DNA of 64,000 nucleotides from Paecilomyces variotii (Eukaryota). The notes beneath the pieces were generated by a model that did not search any database, was not told where the DNA came from, and saw only the letters and a program-made list of their open reading frames with translations. Every line of letters begins with the position of its first letter. The stretch's first letter is position 1. The translations under genes were made by a program, and so were the position numbers. The DNA is taken from the NCBI GenBank assembly GCA_004022145.1, contig RCNU01000002.1; one strand, 5' to 3'. Below are positions 23,301 through 35,843 of the stretch, piece after piece.

Positions 23301-26300
23301 GGACTTGTATCCCCGTCCCTAGTTAATGCGCTGATATTGACTTCTTGAAGAGTCACACGGTCTGCCGCATCATTCTTGGCTTCATTGAACGTCAGGTCCA
23401 TGGCCGTATGAAGCAAATCTTTCAGCGCCATAGAAGAGACAAGGTCTTTTCGTGATTCGGTAGCGAAGATGGTGGACTTGCTGAGAATTTTAATATGGCT
23501 GGGGAAGCAGTTTATGAACACGGACGACTCGCGGTTTTCAGCCGCGAAATCGATCAGCAGGGAAACGTTCAGAGGGAACAATGACTCGAGTTCCGACTGT
23601 CTTGTGTACTCTTCAATATGAGTCCAATTGTTCTTGGCTGCCTCATCTCGCGATGAAGTTGTGAACGTGATGTCCTTTGCCCTTGACGAGCGAGCCAATA
23701 ATGCACCCACAATGGGGGGAGGGTCGTGAACCACCACAGCCCGATGTGTGGCAAGTTTCGCTTCAATTGTCAAGAAAGCTAAGCTAGAGACAGCCAAAGT
23801 TAGGATCAAAGACTCTGAGCACATTCGAAGGACCGCGGAGGGTATCTCTATCAGATTTGACGTCGCCACGTTGGCCAGTGATGTTACGGACGACGTCAGG
23901 CCTAAGTACTTGAGGCCTGTCGCTGCGCAATACCCTGACACAGCGAAAGCGCTCCCCCATTCCGTTCGGACCGCAAAGAGGCTGGAGTAGTTAATCTTCA
24001 CCGATGCGGTTGATCCCAACTCATCGAGTCTATTGGACTGCTGTTGGTAGAGGGTATAGGTCGCTGGATAGCCGCTTGGTTTATGTAGTAAGACTGGACT
24101 CAGCTGAGGTCTGACGGCACACTCAACCCGCCGCAGTGAGGAATTATACCTAGCGTTTGCATCTACTAGAGGCTCCAAACGTGGGATCCGCTGGCGCCCG
24201 TCTGCATCGATGACAATCTCCGACTCCACTGAGTACAACGTATTGTTGGTCTTGTTTTTGGGGTCTCGGTAATGCACCGATCCGGCGACCTGGAAGCGCA
24301 GAACCGCCTCAGCGAGCGCGCGAGGATCAATCTTGGAAGGAGGGATGCCTTCAAAGTCGACAAACTGGTAGCGAAGCTCAGGGGCCTCCCAGATGGACGG
24401 TCGCACGAACCCCGGAGCCATGTTGCAGTAAGGATTATCAAGGAGACGATTATGCGTGACCCAAACAATCGTCTTTTCGGATCCAAACACCGTCTTGAGG
24501 CTCTCTAGTCTCGGGGCTGTCATGTCCTTAAATACGGGCTGATCAAGGTCTTGCAGAACTAAAACAGTTGACGACTTGTCAACCTGGTCGTGGTCAAGGT
24601 CTTCAAGGAGTCCAACTCGGATGATGGCCTGGTGGCAGAAGGGTCTTAGAAGCTTCTGCACTCCATCAATGAGTCGCGATACGTGAAGGCTTTGACCCCC
24701 GACAATGAATAACTTCTCCAACGTGCCGACAGATGACTTCTTTGAAAAGAGTGGCACACCAGCCGCCGCCTGTGACATGAGCGGCTGCCGGACAAAGTCA
24801 ACCCAGTCATCTACGGCCTGGGACACCAGAACTGAGTTACAGAAAGGCATAGAATCATTGTTGGGCGTCATCGTGTCAACCCCAGAGAAGCCAGTCCTCC
24901 GAAGAATAGCATCCCACTTGGACTCGCTCACAGCAGGGCACCATTTTCGTCCCTCGTCGACACCTTGCCACCATCCTGGGAGACAGCCGAACAGGGCTGT
25001 GTGACGGATCAAGTCAACGTTCGTTATCTCATAGAAAATGAGGTATCCGCCCGGCCGAAGCAGCGATCGCACTCTCTTCAATGTCTGTTCTAGACTCTTG
25101 GTGGCGTGCAGAACGAGGGATCCGATCACAATGTCGTACGAGTGCTGATCAAAACCCTGTGCCGCTGTGTCCTGCTCCAGGTCCAACACGCGGAAGGACA
25201 TTTGGTCTCGGTAAGCGGCGAACTCTGCCTGGGCATCATCGAAGAATCCCGCTGATACGTCGGTGAATGTGAATGAACAAAAGTTATTCCCAATGAGCTT
25301 AAACACCTCGCGGGTCGCTCCACCCGTGCCAGCGCCAACCTCGAGAATATTGGCTCGGGGGTATCGGCGGGTGACCTGCAGAACGGTATCAGCGAGGACA
25401 GTCACTTGCCCCATCCCCAGGGCCTTGGCATAGTACTCGTTGAGCAGGCCATCCACCATGAGATGCTGAAGCATTGGAGTCTCCCCGCGAATAGCCCTTG
25501 GCATTTGTTCGCCCACGATGTGCATCGCCTTGACCTCGGGCAATTCATTATACGGCTGTGTCAGGGTCTTGATATCATCCAAGGTGTCGTTGGCCCAAGC
25601 CGGTTTGCCATACCGATGCTTACCTTTCATAACTAGATCGTGGGTGTACGCAGCCCAGCGGAGATATGCCGCGTAGGACGGATCCAACCGCCCTGGGTGG
25701 TCGGCAGGGACTTGGTCATCCAGCTGGCGCAGGTAGAAGTAGTGGCCTCGCTCGAGAATCTCTGCCAGCTTTCGTTGCTCTGGGGTCGCAATGAATGGAT
25801 CTGGGATATCTGCGTCAGGTCCTGCATTCACCCAGCGCGTTTGATAAAACATAGTCCGATCGTCGTCTGGGGTCGCAGGAGAGAAGGGCACGACATGGAG
25901 CCCCTCCACCTGGACTGCTGAATAGGCCCCGTCCCCGCCATGGATCTCAGCATCACCATGGAACCCAGATGACCTGTCCGCCATTTTTACTTGGTCATCG
26001 CTGATCACCGAGACGAAAGGAACGGGCTTTGTTGTCCAATGGCGCGCGCAAAGGGCCGGGTTGAGTCGGATCCTTTTGATATACGTGGGCAGGTGCAATG
26101 ACCAGAGCGTTCCATCTCTCGGGTAGCTGTAAGCCAGGATAACTGAGTGAATAGCGGCATCCAGCATGCCAGGGTGGACCGTCATGCAATTCTCGCCATC
26201 GTTGTATTCGGCCAATGTGGTGCTGAGAACTCCCACGGCCTTTCCAAGCCTTCTGCTTAACCCCGACAACGCTCTGAAAGGACCCGTATATCCGTAGCCC

Positions 26301-29300
26301 ATTTCCTGCAGCGAGGAATAGAAGATGTCGGTCGGGACATCGGCCATGGCATTGTCCTGTTTTCCATCACTGGCAGGTAAGGTTCGCTCGCTAGGGTCGC
26401 CCGGAATGACACGAATCATGCCACTTGCTGCTAGTTCCAGAGAGCCGCTTGAGGAGTAGAACTCGTAAGTAAAACTGCCTGTGGCCGTCGAATCATGATG
26501 CGACCGGTTGATACCACCAATGGAGAATCGTACTTCAATACTGGAACTGGAAGAATCATCGAATACCATGGCCTGATGAATCACGAGATTCTCAACCTCA
26601 ATAAGACGAATAGCCTGGGCATCTGTCAGGAAAGGGGCTGCCTCCAGCGCCGTCACAGCGTATCCTGCCGCAGGAAAGACGCTCTGGCCCTGGATCTTGT
26701 GGTCTTGGACCCAGGGTATATCCTGGGGGCGCAAAACAGCTTTCCATGAAAGGTTTTGCGGGGAGCTGGAGCTACAAATATTGCCAAGAAGAGGATGGAC
26801 GGGAGAGCTCCTGAAACGAAGATTGCGAGATGTGTTGGACTCATGCCAGTGGCCCCCATTGTGGTTATGGTTCCATTGGTACCGAGGAAGGTCCGCCAGG
26901 AACCGACCCTTTGATGATCCTAAGCCACTCAATGCGTTCTCGTATCTGTCAAAGTTGACGAAATCACTTTCTACATGAGTCCAAAGGTATCCAAGTGCGG
27001 ATGAGAAACTCCAGGCTGCCTCAGTTCCTCGCTCCAGGAGCCCGGTATAGGGCAGCTGGCCAATGTTCAACTGCTCAAGGATTTGCCGCACAGGTCCCTT
27101 CAAAGCCGGGTGTGGTCCCACTTCGACAATTGCATCGAAAGGTCCTAGCTCGGTCAGGGCTCGCTCGACAGCCTGTTTGAATAAAACTGGCGACAGGAGG
27201 TTATCGACCCAATATGAGGCACCCAACTCCGTCTCCGCCATGTCTAACTCAACCACTACACTCGATACCCACAGGCAATCGGGTTGGGGCGAGGACTGAG
27301 GTGATGCTGTCTGAAAGCTCCGCACAGAACTCAAGTATGGCTGTGAGCATGGTATCATGTGGTGCGAATGGTAAGCCTTGTCGACTCTTAGCAGACGGGC
27401 CGTTTTCCCTTCGTCCTCAAACAGCGCAGCAATTTCCTCCACCGCGTCCCTATCGCCAGATAACGTAATGCTGTTAGGAGAATTGCAGGCCCCGACATTG
27501 ACTCGTCCTCGAAAGAACTCGTCGTGGCAGACTTCGCTTGCATCTTCCATGCTGGTGCTAACGGCCAGCATGGCACCCGGTGCACCGTTAGCTGCTCCGC
27601 CCAGGCGAGTGCAGTGAAAGCCACGGTAATACGCAATTCGTATCGCATCAGCCGCAGATAGGCGGCCTGCAGCGTACGCCGCGCCAATTTCACCGGAAGA
27701 ATGACCGACGACGGCGGCGAATTCCACCCCGGCTTCATGAAGAAGATCCACGAGAATCAGCTGAATGGCTGTGCATAAAGGCTGCGATATCTCAGCATCA
27801 CCGACCTTAGTCTCGGATACATCCGCCAGGAGCTCTTTCCGAAGCGTCCAATGAGGGCGGTCTTGTTCGTTGGGGAGATTCGCAAGCTCAGCATCCAGCT
27901 TGCTCAGTATATCGGACGCAAATTTGGAGGTTTCTATCAGCTGAGCGCCCATTCGCGCCCACTGAGCACCCTGCCCCGTAAAAATACCCAAGATTTTTAC
28001 CTTATGTCCTCTTGCACTAGCGGAAGACCCCACGGTTGTCAACTTCAGCCTCTGGTCAAGCTGTAACATCTTTGAGTCACTGCTGGCGATGTTCTCTAGA
28101 CTGGTGTGCAACATCTCGGCAGAGGCGGCCGATAGTGCGACTCGAAGCGGAAGACGGGACCGTCGTGAACGCAATGACCAAGCAAGGTCTGCGAGACGAA
28201 TATCGGGATGTTCCGATAGATAGGTAGCATGAGCAGCCAGACTGGAGACCAGAGACTCCTTCGACTGTGCGGAAAAGACAAATGACCTAACCATATCACT
28301 TGCGCCGTCTTTGTCCACATCCTCATGCATCCCGTCCTCCAGGCTTTCCAGGATAACGTGGGCATTTGTACCGCCAAATCCAAAGCTATTGATGCTAGCA
28401 CGTCTGGGTTGTCCTGGGGCTACCATTGGCCACGGTATGAGCTCACTGGCAATGCGAAGGTTTCTGCACCAAGGTTCAACGCGCGGGTTAATTGTGAAAT
28501 CCAAGACCTGGCCATCAAGTATCCGGTTGCCGTTGGGTGGGATCTCGCCGTGACTCAAGGCCTGCGCAACCTTTACGATGGCCGCAATTCCGGCAGTGCT
28601 CTCTGTATGTCCGATAACTGTTTTGATGGAGCCCACCACGATCTTCTCGGCACCATTCATCTCCATGGGCTGATCGTTGCTGTTTTCGAAGAAGGCTTTA
28701 TGGATAGCCTCTGCCTCGATGGGCTATGTACATGGTCAGCTTGCAAGTAGCACTCTCGCTGTATAGGCAAGAAAGGGGCTGGAGGGGCACTTACGTCTCC
28801 TGCCGGTGTTCCAGTTCCATGAGCTTCGACGTATTGGCATCGATCTGCCGATAAAGCCAAGTCCAGCCCAGCACGGGCATATACGTCGCGGATTAATTGG
28901 ACCTGAGCCTTGGCTGTAGGCATTGTGATACCGGGGCTTCGCCCATCTTGGTTAACACCGGACTCTCGAATAAGACACTCGACATGGTCGCCATCTGCTA
29001 ACGCCTGTTCGAGGGTTTTGAGCACCACGGCTGCGACCCCGTCTCCGCGGGCGTATCCATTCGCATCATTGCCCCACATCCGGGAGCGTCCATCGGGCGA
29101 CAGCATCTTCAAGTTGCTCTCGTAGATGTAAGGCTCAGGCCCCAGTAGAAGGTTGGTCCCCGCTGCCACTGCGACAGTGACCTCGCCGGAGCGGAGGGAC
29201 TGCACTGCTTGATGCAGCGCCACGAGTGACGAAGAACACGCCGTGTCGACTGTGAGCGACGGGCCGTGCCAGTCGAAGAAGTAAGAGATTCGGTTGGATA

Positions 29301-29822
29301 CCATGCTGCGAGCAACACCTGGATCCAATGAAATTAGTACGCGGCATTCAGTAGACATTGGACCATCTTACCCGTGCCGTGATACAACGGGACGCTTTGC
29401 AGGTCCCGATACTGCTGGTACTCATAATCACCGTACATCATACCGACGAATACGCCAGTATCGGAACCCCTGAGCCCATCAAGTGTCTGTCCAGCAGCTT
29501 CCAGGCTCTCGTAGACCGTCTCCAGGAGTATGCGCTGTTGGGGGTCCATGGCAGCCGCTTCGGCGACCTGGAGATTGAAAAAGCGAGCGTCAAAGCTAGC
29601 GACGTTCTCCTCGAGCAGGTACGAGCGGCGAACATTACTATGGCCCGGAAACTGGTGGTCTGAGTGGTAAAACCCTCGCGGGTCAAATCGGCCTGCGCTC
29701 AGGAGGTCTCGTGAAACATCTCGGGGATTGCAGAGGAGGTCCCATAACTTGGAAGGGGTGCTCGCACCACCCGGAAATCGACAGCCAGTGCCAACAATGG
29801 CGATGGGCTCGCTCTGTGGCAT
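17382..29822 (-). CDS. Hybrid highly reducing PKS-NRPS (KS-AT-DH-cMT-ER0-KR-ACP-C-A-T-R), at least 5 introns
   Basis: [60 protein letters not shown] and HPGMLD; c[80 protein letters not shown] and YISSK. Introns near 29320-29370, 28727-28794, 22982-23037, 22207-22262 and 20380-20436 join the six ORF segments. Confidence 0.97.
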
Positions 29823-30289
29823 GTCGGACTGATCGTGGATTGTAGGTTAGATGTTGGAAGTGTAGATAATTCGATAATATTGGGTTGGAACAACGATTTC
29901 CCCGGAGGACGGTTCACTATAGTGTCTATAGCTACTGACATGTCCCTTTCATATCATTACAGAAATCAAAAAGGCCATAGATATGGCTGGGCCCCTCTAA
30001 GTGCCCGGAAGGAAGGTGATCTCCCGGAGAGTGAAGTTATCGGGACCCATCGCTACAATCCCGGCGTGGGCCTTCCGATCAGTTCGGAGGGTTCGAGCCA
30101 AGACAAGAATGCCCCGAGCCAGTTTCCGTGAACCCATATTCGGACGCCAGCTGCTATGTTGGTCAGAGGGCTTGAAGCGGCACAATGACGAAGACAAAGT
30201 AGATAGATACAAATGTGGGCGACGGCGCTGCTCCATAACATTGACGCGCAACGCAGTCAGCGGCATAGCACGCAAATACAACTTCAACA

Positions 30290-31435
30290 ATGGGCTCTCT
30301 TGCGCGGGATTCCATGGACTGCCTTATCCAGGGCCCCTCGGGCCAAGGACAGAGGGCCGTTCGTTCACGCCCTGAAGTAAAGGCGCCCCATGATGTTTTG
30401 GTCTGCGTCTCTGCCGTGGCCCTGAACCCAACGGACTTCAAGTCGCCGGCGTCCAACCCTAGTCCAGGGGCCATCATGGGTTGCGACTTCATGGGATACG
30501 TCGTCTCAGCCGGCGAGGACGCGGACAAACTTTTTCCCTCCTCCACGCGAGTTTGCGGCTTCGTTCACGGCTCCAACCCTGGCAATCCCGACAAGGGATC
30601 GTTTGCGCAGTACCTTGTGACCGACTCCCGCCTGTTGGTCCGAGTTCCCGATAGCTGGACCGATTTGGACGGCGCAGCTCTCGGCGGGGTTGGATGGGGT
30701 ACCATTGCTCTGGCCATGGAGGTATCGCTACGGCTCTCTGGGCGTCCGTCCAAACCAGCTGCTCCTCAAGAGGATGGCTCCAGGGTTCCCGTGCTGGTTT
30801 ATGGTGGTGCCACGGCCACCGGCACCATGGCATGCCAGATACTGTCAATGTATGTATATCGTTGCGTTTTCCCTTCCAGCCGCAGGGGCCCATCCTAACT
30901 CGCCTGTAGGTCCGGTTACAAGCCCATTGCCACAGCGTCCAGCATCAGCTCGTCCCTGGTGCAAGATTACGGTGCCGCTGCAGTTGTACCGTACTCATCT
31001 GCCAGCTGTGGGGAGACCATTCGTGACCACCACACCGGCGGGAATTTGCGAAGCGCTCTGGACTGCATCAGCTCGCCAGAGTCCGTGGAATGCTGTTTCA
31101 CGGCCCTGGGTCGCATCGGGGCACACTACGCCAGCCTTGACTTCATCCCGGACGATTGGAAGACGCGCAAGGCCATCAAGGTCTACATGCCCCTGACTTA
31201 TGCTCTCCACGGCCACGAGATTCTGTTCAAGGGGCCGTATCATCGGGATGCAGACCCTGCCATGTTGGAGCTGGGCAGGCGGTGGCGAGACGAAGTGCAG
31301 GGCCTAGTAGATGCTGGACGCCTTCGACCGCACCCCGTTCGAGAGGTCCAAGGGAAGTGGCAGGGGATTATTGATGGACTGGAGATGATGAAGGCTGGAG
31401 AGATTCGAGGCCAGAAGCTTGTGGTAGCCTTGTGA
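30290..31435 (+). CDS. Trans-acting enoyl reductase (LovC/TenC type MDR), intron about 30849-30909
   Basis: AVALNPTDFK, GCDFMG, GSFAQY, VLVYGGATATGTMACQ, ALDCIS and C-terminal GQKLVV; divergently paired with a PKS-NRPS that has no recognisable active ER motif. Confidence 0.93.
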
Positions 31436-32087
31436 GCTGGATGACGCTTTTTAGATGAGATATTATATATTAGGTATATATATACTCGGCGCCGTGCTAA
31501 GTGGTAGCTCCCTTAGCCAGCTAGTAAATTAGTCAGCAGGTCCGGGGGTTAACTAACTAGTTAGTTAACTAGCGTAACTCCCGCCGACCTATCTAGTATT
31601 TAGTTTCAATATAACTATCTAACAATAACTATCTAAATCCTAAATTAGTTGCTTACCGAGGTCGGGAGCCCCATGGCCCGTGCTCGGAACCAATCCCGCT
31701 CACGGACGACATGATTTCGATGGCCGATGCGCACCGTCTAGCGTCCCGATCCGGAGCCGGTAGGCGGGAACCTGTGCCGGGGCGCGGTACCGGGTTTCCA
31801 GATGCAGAAGTATGAAACAGGTCTAGAAGCTCCGAATGGAGAACACCAGTTAAGTATGATTGCACCAGCCCAAGGCTACAAAAGAATGATATCTTTACTT
31901 CTGGGAAAGGCTGCCGACTCGGGTGTTCAAGATAATAATGGAGAACTGCTGGGGGACAGAAGAATGTGATCCACGTTTTGCAACACAGAGGACCATCCAC
32001 GACTCCGAAGATAGTGCATGATTATCTCAATGTTTTTCTACATGTCTCTGACTTCTCGTGCATTCCCACTACCTCGGTCATCGTTCA

Positions 32088-33842
32088 TTATATGATAACC
32101 TTCCGAAGACGCACGAAGCACTGGCGCGGCTTGTTCACCACGGCAAGGCACCCTCCATAGCCAGACATAGCGTCGGGGCACTTGAGCAGCTCAAAATGCC
32201 ATATAATCATTGTGAGCATGATTCTAAATTCGACATACGCCAGCCTGCGTCCAAAGCATGCCCTAACCCCGAGACCAAACGGGATGCAGGGCCCAGCCCG
32301 GGAGTCAAATATCCAACCGTCACTGTGGTTGCTGTGTTCTGGAATGAGCCAGCGCTCGGGCCTGAACTGATTGATATCCGCATCATCCCAATTTCGTGTC
32401 TCTCCACGTTCCTTTGCCTCTCGCGAGCGCGGACTGCGGCGGCTCTGATCTACGTCGAGCGCCGGCGAGAGCATACTATGGCTATTCTGCAGGAAGAATA
32501 CGAGCGTGCCTTTAGGGACCCTGTGCCCCAGCAACGTTGTATCTTTGGTCGCCTCGCGATCCATGATAGGCACGGTCCCGCCGCAGCGTAGGATCTCTTC
32601 CATTGTGGCTTCCAGCAGAGGTACCGAAGTCTGCATGATTTCCTCAACTGTTGGAGCGCGTTTCTCAGCTGCAGCAGAGCTGAAGGCTGCGAAGAGAGCT
32701 CGCCGAAGCCGTGACTGCGACTCAGGATGATCAGCAAGGAGCTTAACACCCCAGCACATCGTTGTGCTCATGGTATCGTGGCCAGCGATGATGAACCCAA
32801 AAACCTCGTCCATGACGGCTGTTGAGAAAAAGTTGGGCTTCCGTCTCTCCTTCTGAGCGTGGCTTTCCTCCCTGTCCACAATGCGGTCCACAGCAGACTG
32901 CTCCCATGCCCGACCGCTGTTCGAATGTTGGCTCTGCCGGCGTGCCTCGACGGCCTTTTCGATCTCCCGTCGTATACAGCTGTCTTTTATCCTCATCCGG
33001 CGTTTGAACTTTGGTGTTACTTTGACGTACCACCATTTCATGCGAGGCGATGGTGCACTCTTCACCTGCTCCATGGCATCCCCCAACTCAAGCATCGACT
33101 CGATGGCCTGATTGATCTCTGCGTGAGGGAAGTCGACGGCCTGGTCTTTCTCTGCTTCCTGTTCATTCGAATGAGACGTTGTAATCAGGACATCCTCCAG
33201 CCTCTGAATCTGCGGCTTCGTGGCATTGTGGGGAAACTTGGGCCCAAAAGAAAATGCCAGAACGGCGTCGAGGGTCAAGTGGAAGATGTCATCGGTGGCA
33301 GAGAACGGCCGGCCAGCTGCCAGCCTTTCCTTAATCTGCCACAGCTCCACGAAGCGTTGGCTGCTGGCATAGATGCTGGGAGCGGCCACTTCTCTCAGGA
33401 AGGCTGGTGTCATGGTGTCCTGGACCAGGCGGCGGTGGAACTTCCACTCTGGGCCCGTCTTCAGTGTGAACTGCTGCCTGTTCAGCAGCCCACTGAACAT
33501 CTCGGCCGTCAAGCTGGTGCGATCAAAATCCTTGATGCGGTTGAGCATTACATCGCGGCACTCTTCATAGTCGCTCACTAACAAAACAGGCTTGCCCATG
33601 GGTCGGATGAAGATCTGGCTAATGACGGACTCGGACTTGATGTTCTGGTCGCGCAGCCATGCCACAACATCGCCCGTCTTGGATACTTGCGTGAGCATGT
33701 CCGGGATGTCTCCGAGGAACCTGTTAACAGAGACCGCATTGTAGGGAATCCCGGGCAGCGGGCGCGGAAAGGCCGATATGTACCCAAAATAGAACATAAC
33801 CACCAGAGCAAGGGCGATGGCCACAGTCGTAGCTGTAAGCAT
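32088..33842 (-). CDS. Cytochrome P450 monooxygenase (intronless, 584 aa)
   Basis: N-terminal membrane anchor and PRPLPGIP hinge, I-helix AGHDT, K-helix EILR, PERW and heme motif PFGLGVRACFG. Confidence 0.95.
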   Translation of the reverse strand: MLTATTVAIALALVVMFYFGYISAFPRPLPGIPYNAVSVNRFLGDIPDMLTQVSKTGDVVAWLRDQNIKSESVISQIFIRPMGKPVLLVSDYEECRDVMLNRIKDFDRTSLTAEMFSGLLNRQQFTLKTGPEWKFHRRLVQDTMTPAFLREVAAPSIYASSQRFVELWQIKERLAAGRPFSATDDIFHLTLDAVLAFSFGPKFPHNATKPQIQRLEDVLITTSHSNEQEAEKDQAVDFPHAEINQAIESMLELGDAMEQVKSAPSPRMKWWYVKVTPKFKRRMRIKDSCIRREIEKAVEARRQSQHSNSGRAWEQSAVDRIVDREESHAQKERRKPNFFSTAVMDEVFGFIIAGHDTMSTTMCWGVKLLADHPESQSRLRRALFAAFSSAAAEKRAPTVEEIMQTSVPLLEATMEEILRCGGTVPIMDREATKDTTLLGHRVPKGTLVFFLQNSHSMLSPALDVDQSRRSPRSREAKERGETRNWDDADINQFRPERWLIPEHSNHSDGWIFDSRAGPCIPFGLGVRACFGRRLAYVEFRIMLTMIIWHFELLKCPDAMSGYGGCLAVVNKPRQCFVRLRKVII

Positions 33843-34468
33843 CCCGGCTGTGTCTTGTTCTCCGATAGTCCACGATGTACGCTTGCGTGTTGGTGTGTGT
33901 ATGTGTGTGTATGTGAATGTAAGAATGTGTAATTGCAGAGGCGGCGGCTAACCCATTGGCTGTTCTGAGATGTGACTTTTAGTTGCTATCCTGTTGAGTG
34001 ATCCAGGATAAGAACACTCAACAGTCTCCAATAAAGCATTCACGCTCAAAACCTACTTATGTAGGACTTTCCCATGCAATAATCCTATGAACATGCAGGT
34101 CTAGTGCTGCAGTCTCGGACAATTATCCTTCGCAAGGCCTCTGCTTTACCAACCCCAAGCCTCCGATGCTCCAAAACCCTCCTAGGGAATGCTCCGACTC
34201 CACCAGGGTTCATCCGAAGCAGGCCACGAAAATTTCCATTTAGCTAGTGGGGTTGTCTGAATCTGTTGAGGGACTCCAGCTTTTTCTGTCGCAATAAGCA
34301 ATACTTGGAAAGATGTTAAATTCCAATGGCAACGTCCGCCAAGCGTACTGGTGATAATATCTGTATTTGCATGTACCAAGGACTTTAGAGACGAATTATA
34401 ACTATATAGGGCGATTAGTTAACTGCTTCACCCTAGTACATATCCATCCAAACCACGGTAACACCGTT

Positions 34469-35843
34469 CTAAGGAGACGTTTGGATGACCTGCTTGCCCG
34501 CTCGCTGGATAAGTTGGTTCTTGATCTCGTTGGGCTTCTCGGAGTAGGCCCGCTTCCAAATTTCCACCTCTCCACCTCCGTAGATGACTCCCACGCGCAT
34601 TGTCGAGAGCAGGTTGTGTGCGGCGTTTGAGTGCTGGTAGACACCGCCATTGAAGGTGGCTGTTGCATCCTTCCCAATGGCCGAGGAGATGAACGCTTTG
34701 CCGCCGGGGTGCTCTTCAATGAAGTCAGCCACATCATGAACGACCCCTGCGATGACTACCAGGGCTCTCCCATCAGCTTTTGCCGACTCGGTTTGGAAAT
34801 CGTCCCATGTGATGATGGGCAGCTGAGAAATTGGGGTGCCCCAGTCTAGTTTAGACCGCCAGGCGTCGAGCTTCTTTTGCTCCTGCTGTAGTCGGCCCTT
34901 TTCAATTTCGTTCTGTTTAAATTGCTTGAGGTCATATGCCAGGCCAAGTTGCTTCCACGTCCAGATGGCCCACTTTGTTGGGTCATACTGCCACCACTCG
35001 ATTGCATTCCGGTAATCCGACGGGAACTCATGATGGAAATTATGGTACCCTTCCCCCAATGTGACGAGGGCCGTGATAACATGATCCCGGGGTGAGTTTC
35101 GATCGTCAAAGGGCTGGTCTCCCAGCCAGTGAGCCAAAGAATTGACGCAGAAGGTAGCTTGTTGCACAAAGGTCGCCCGTAGAATACCCGCGTAGATAAA
35201 GCCACCCACCCAATCGCCCCAGCCAATGCCGCAAACTAGAGTAGGGAAGATAAGGCCCATAAATAGAACAGCCTTGATATAATTACGGTGCTGCCATATC
35301 ACAATCGGGTCCTTATTAAGGTCGGTGATATCCGCCCGACCAATGCTCTTCGGGTTTTGTTTCATAATCATCCAGCCAAGGTGGGAATACCAGAAGCCTT
35401 TGCGCACGGAATAGGGGTCCTTTGTAGTGTCAGTATACCGGTGATGGGCACGATGGCCCCTTGACCACCACCGAATCGAGCCCTGGACGGCGCCAACGCC
35501 GACCGCCGCCAGATAGATTTTGAGAGGGGTTGAAGCTCGGTATGAAGAATGTGCCCAGAGGCGATGGTATCCTATCGAGAGATGTCAGGGTCTTGTTCCT
35601 CGTCGCCCACAGAACCTTGACGTACGCACCGGCTGTAATACCCAACCCAGTATTAAAGTAGTAGAAAATGGCAAAGGCAGCCGTGGCTCGCTGTAAGGGA
35701 TAATGATAGGCAGCGATGAAGCCCATGAGTGGGATGACTATGATAAAGAAGACACTCAGCCAGTTAACATGCTGGTACCAATTTCGCCATGTGATGGGCA
35801 TCTCCGTGATGTGAGCTGTTTTCGTGGGTTTCGAGTCTGCCAT
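34469..35843 (-). CDS. ole1: Delta-9 acyl-CoA desaturase with C-terminal cytochrome b5 domain (Ole1/SdeA/SdeB family), intron 35572-35629, 438 aa
   Basis: After splicing: [39 protein letters not shown] (three His boxes), VNSLAH, and b5 heme motifs HPGG and HSNAA. The symbol names the family; orthology to the housekeeping copy is not established. Confidence 0.93.

Noticed and set aside
20328-29400. PKS-NRPS split over six ORFs might be a pseudogene or several genes
   Set aside because: Each break has a GT donor, branch-point-like sequence and AG acceptor of normal intron size.
32859-33581. 240-aa antisense ORF over the P450, and similar overlapping ORFs over the PKS-NRPS, BVMO and fhl1 (e.g. 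55772-56659)
   Set aside because: Shadow frames of GC-rich coding DNA with no recognisable motifs.
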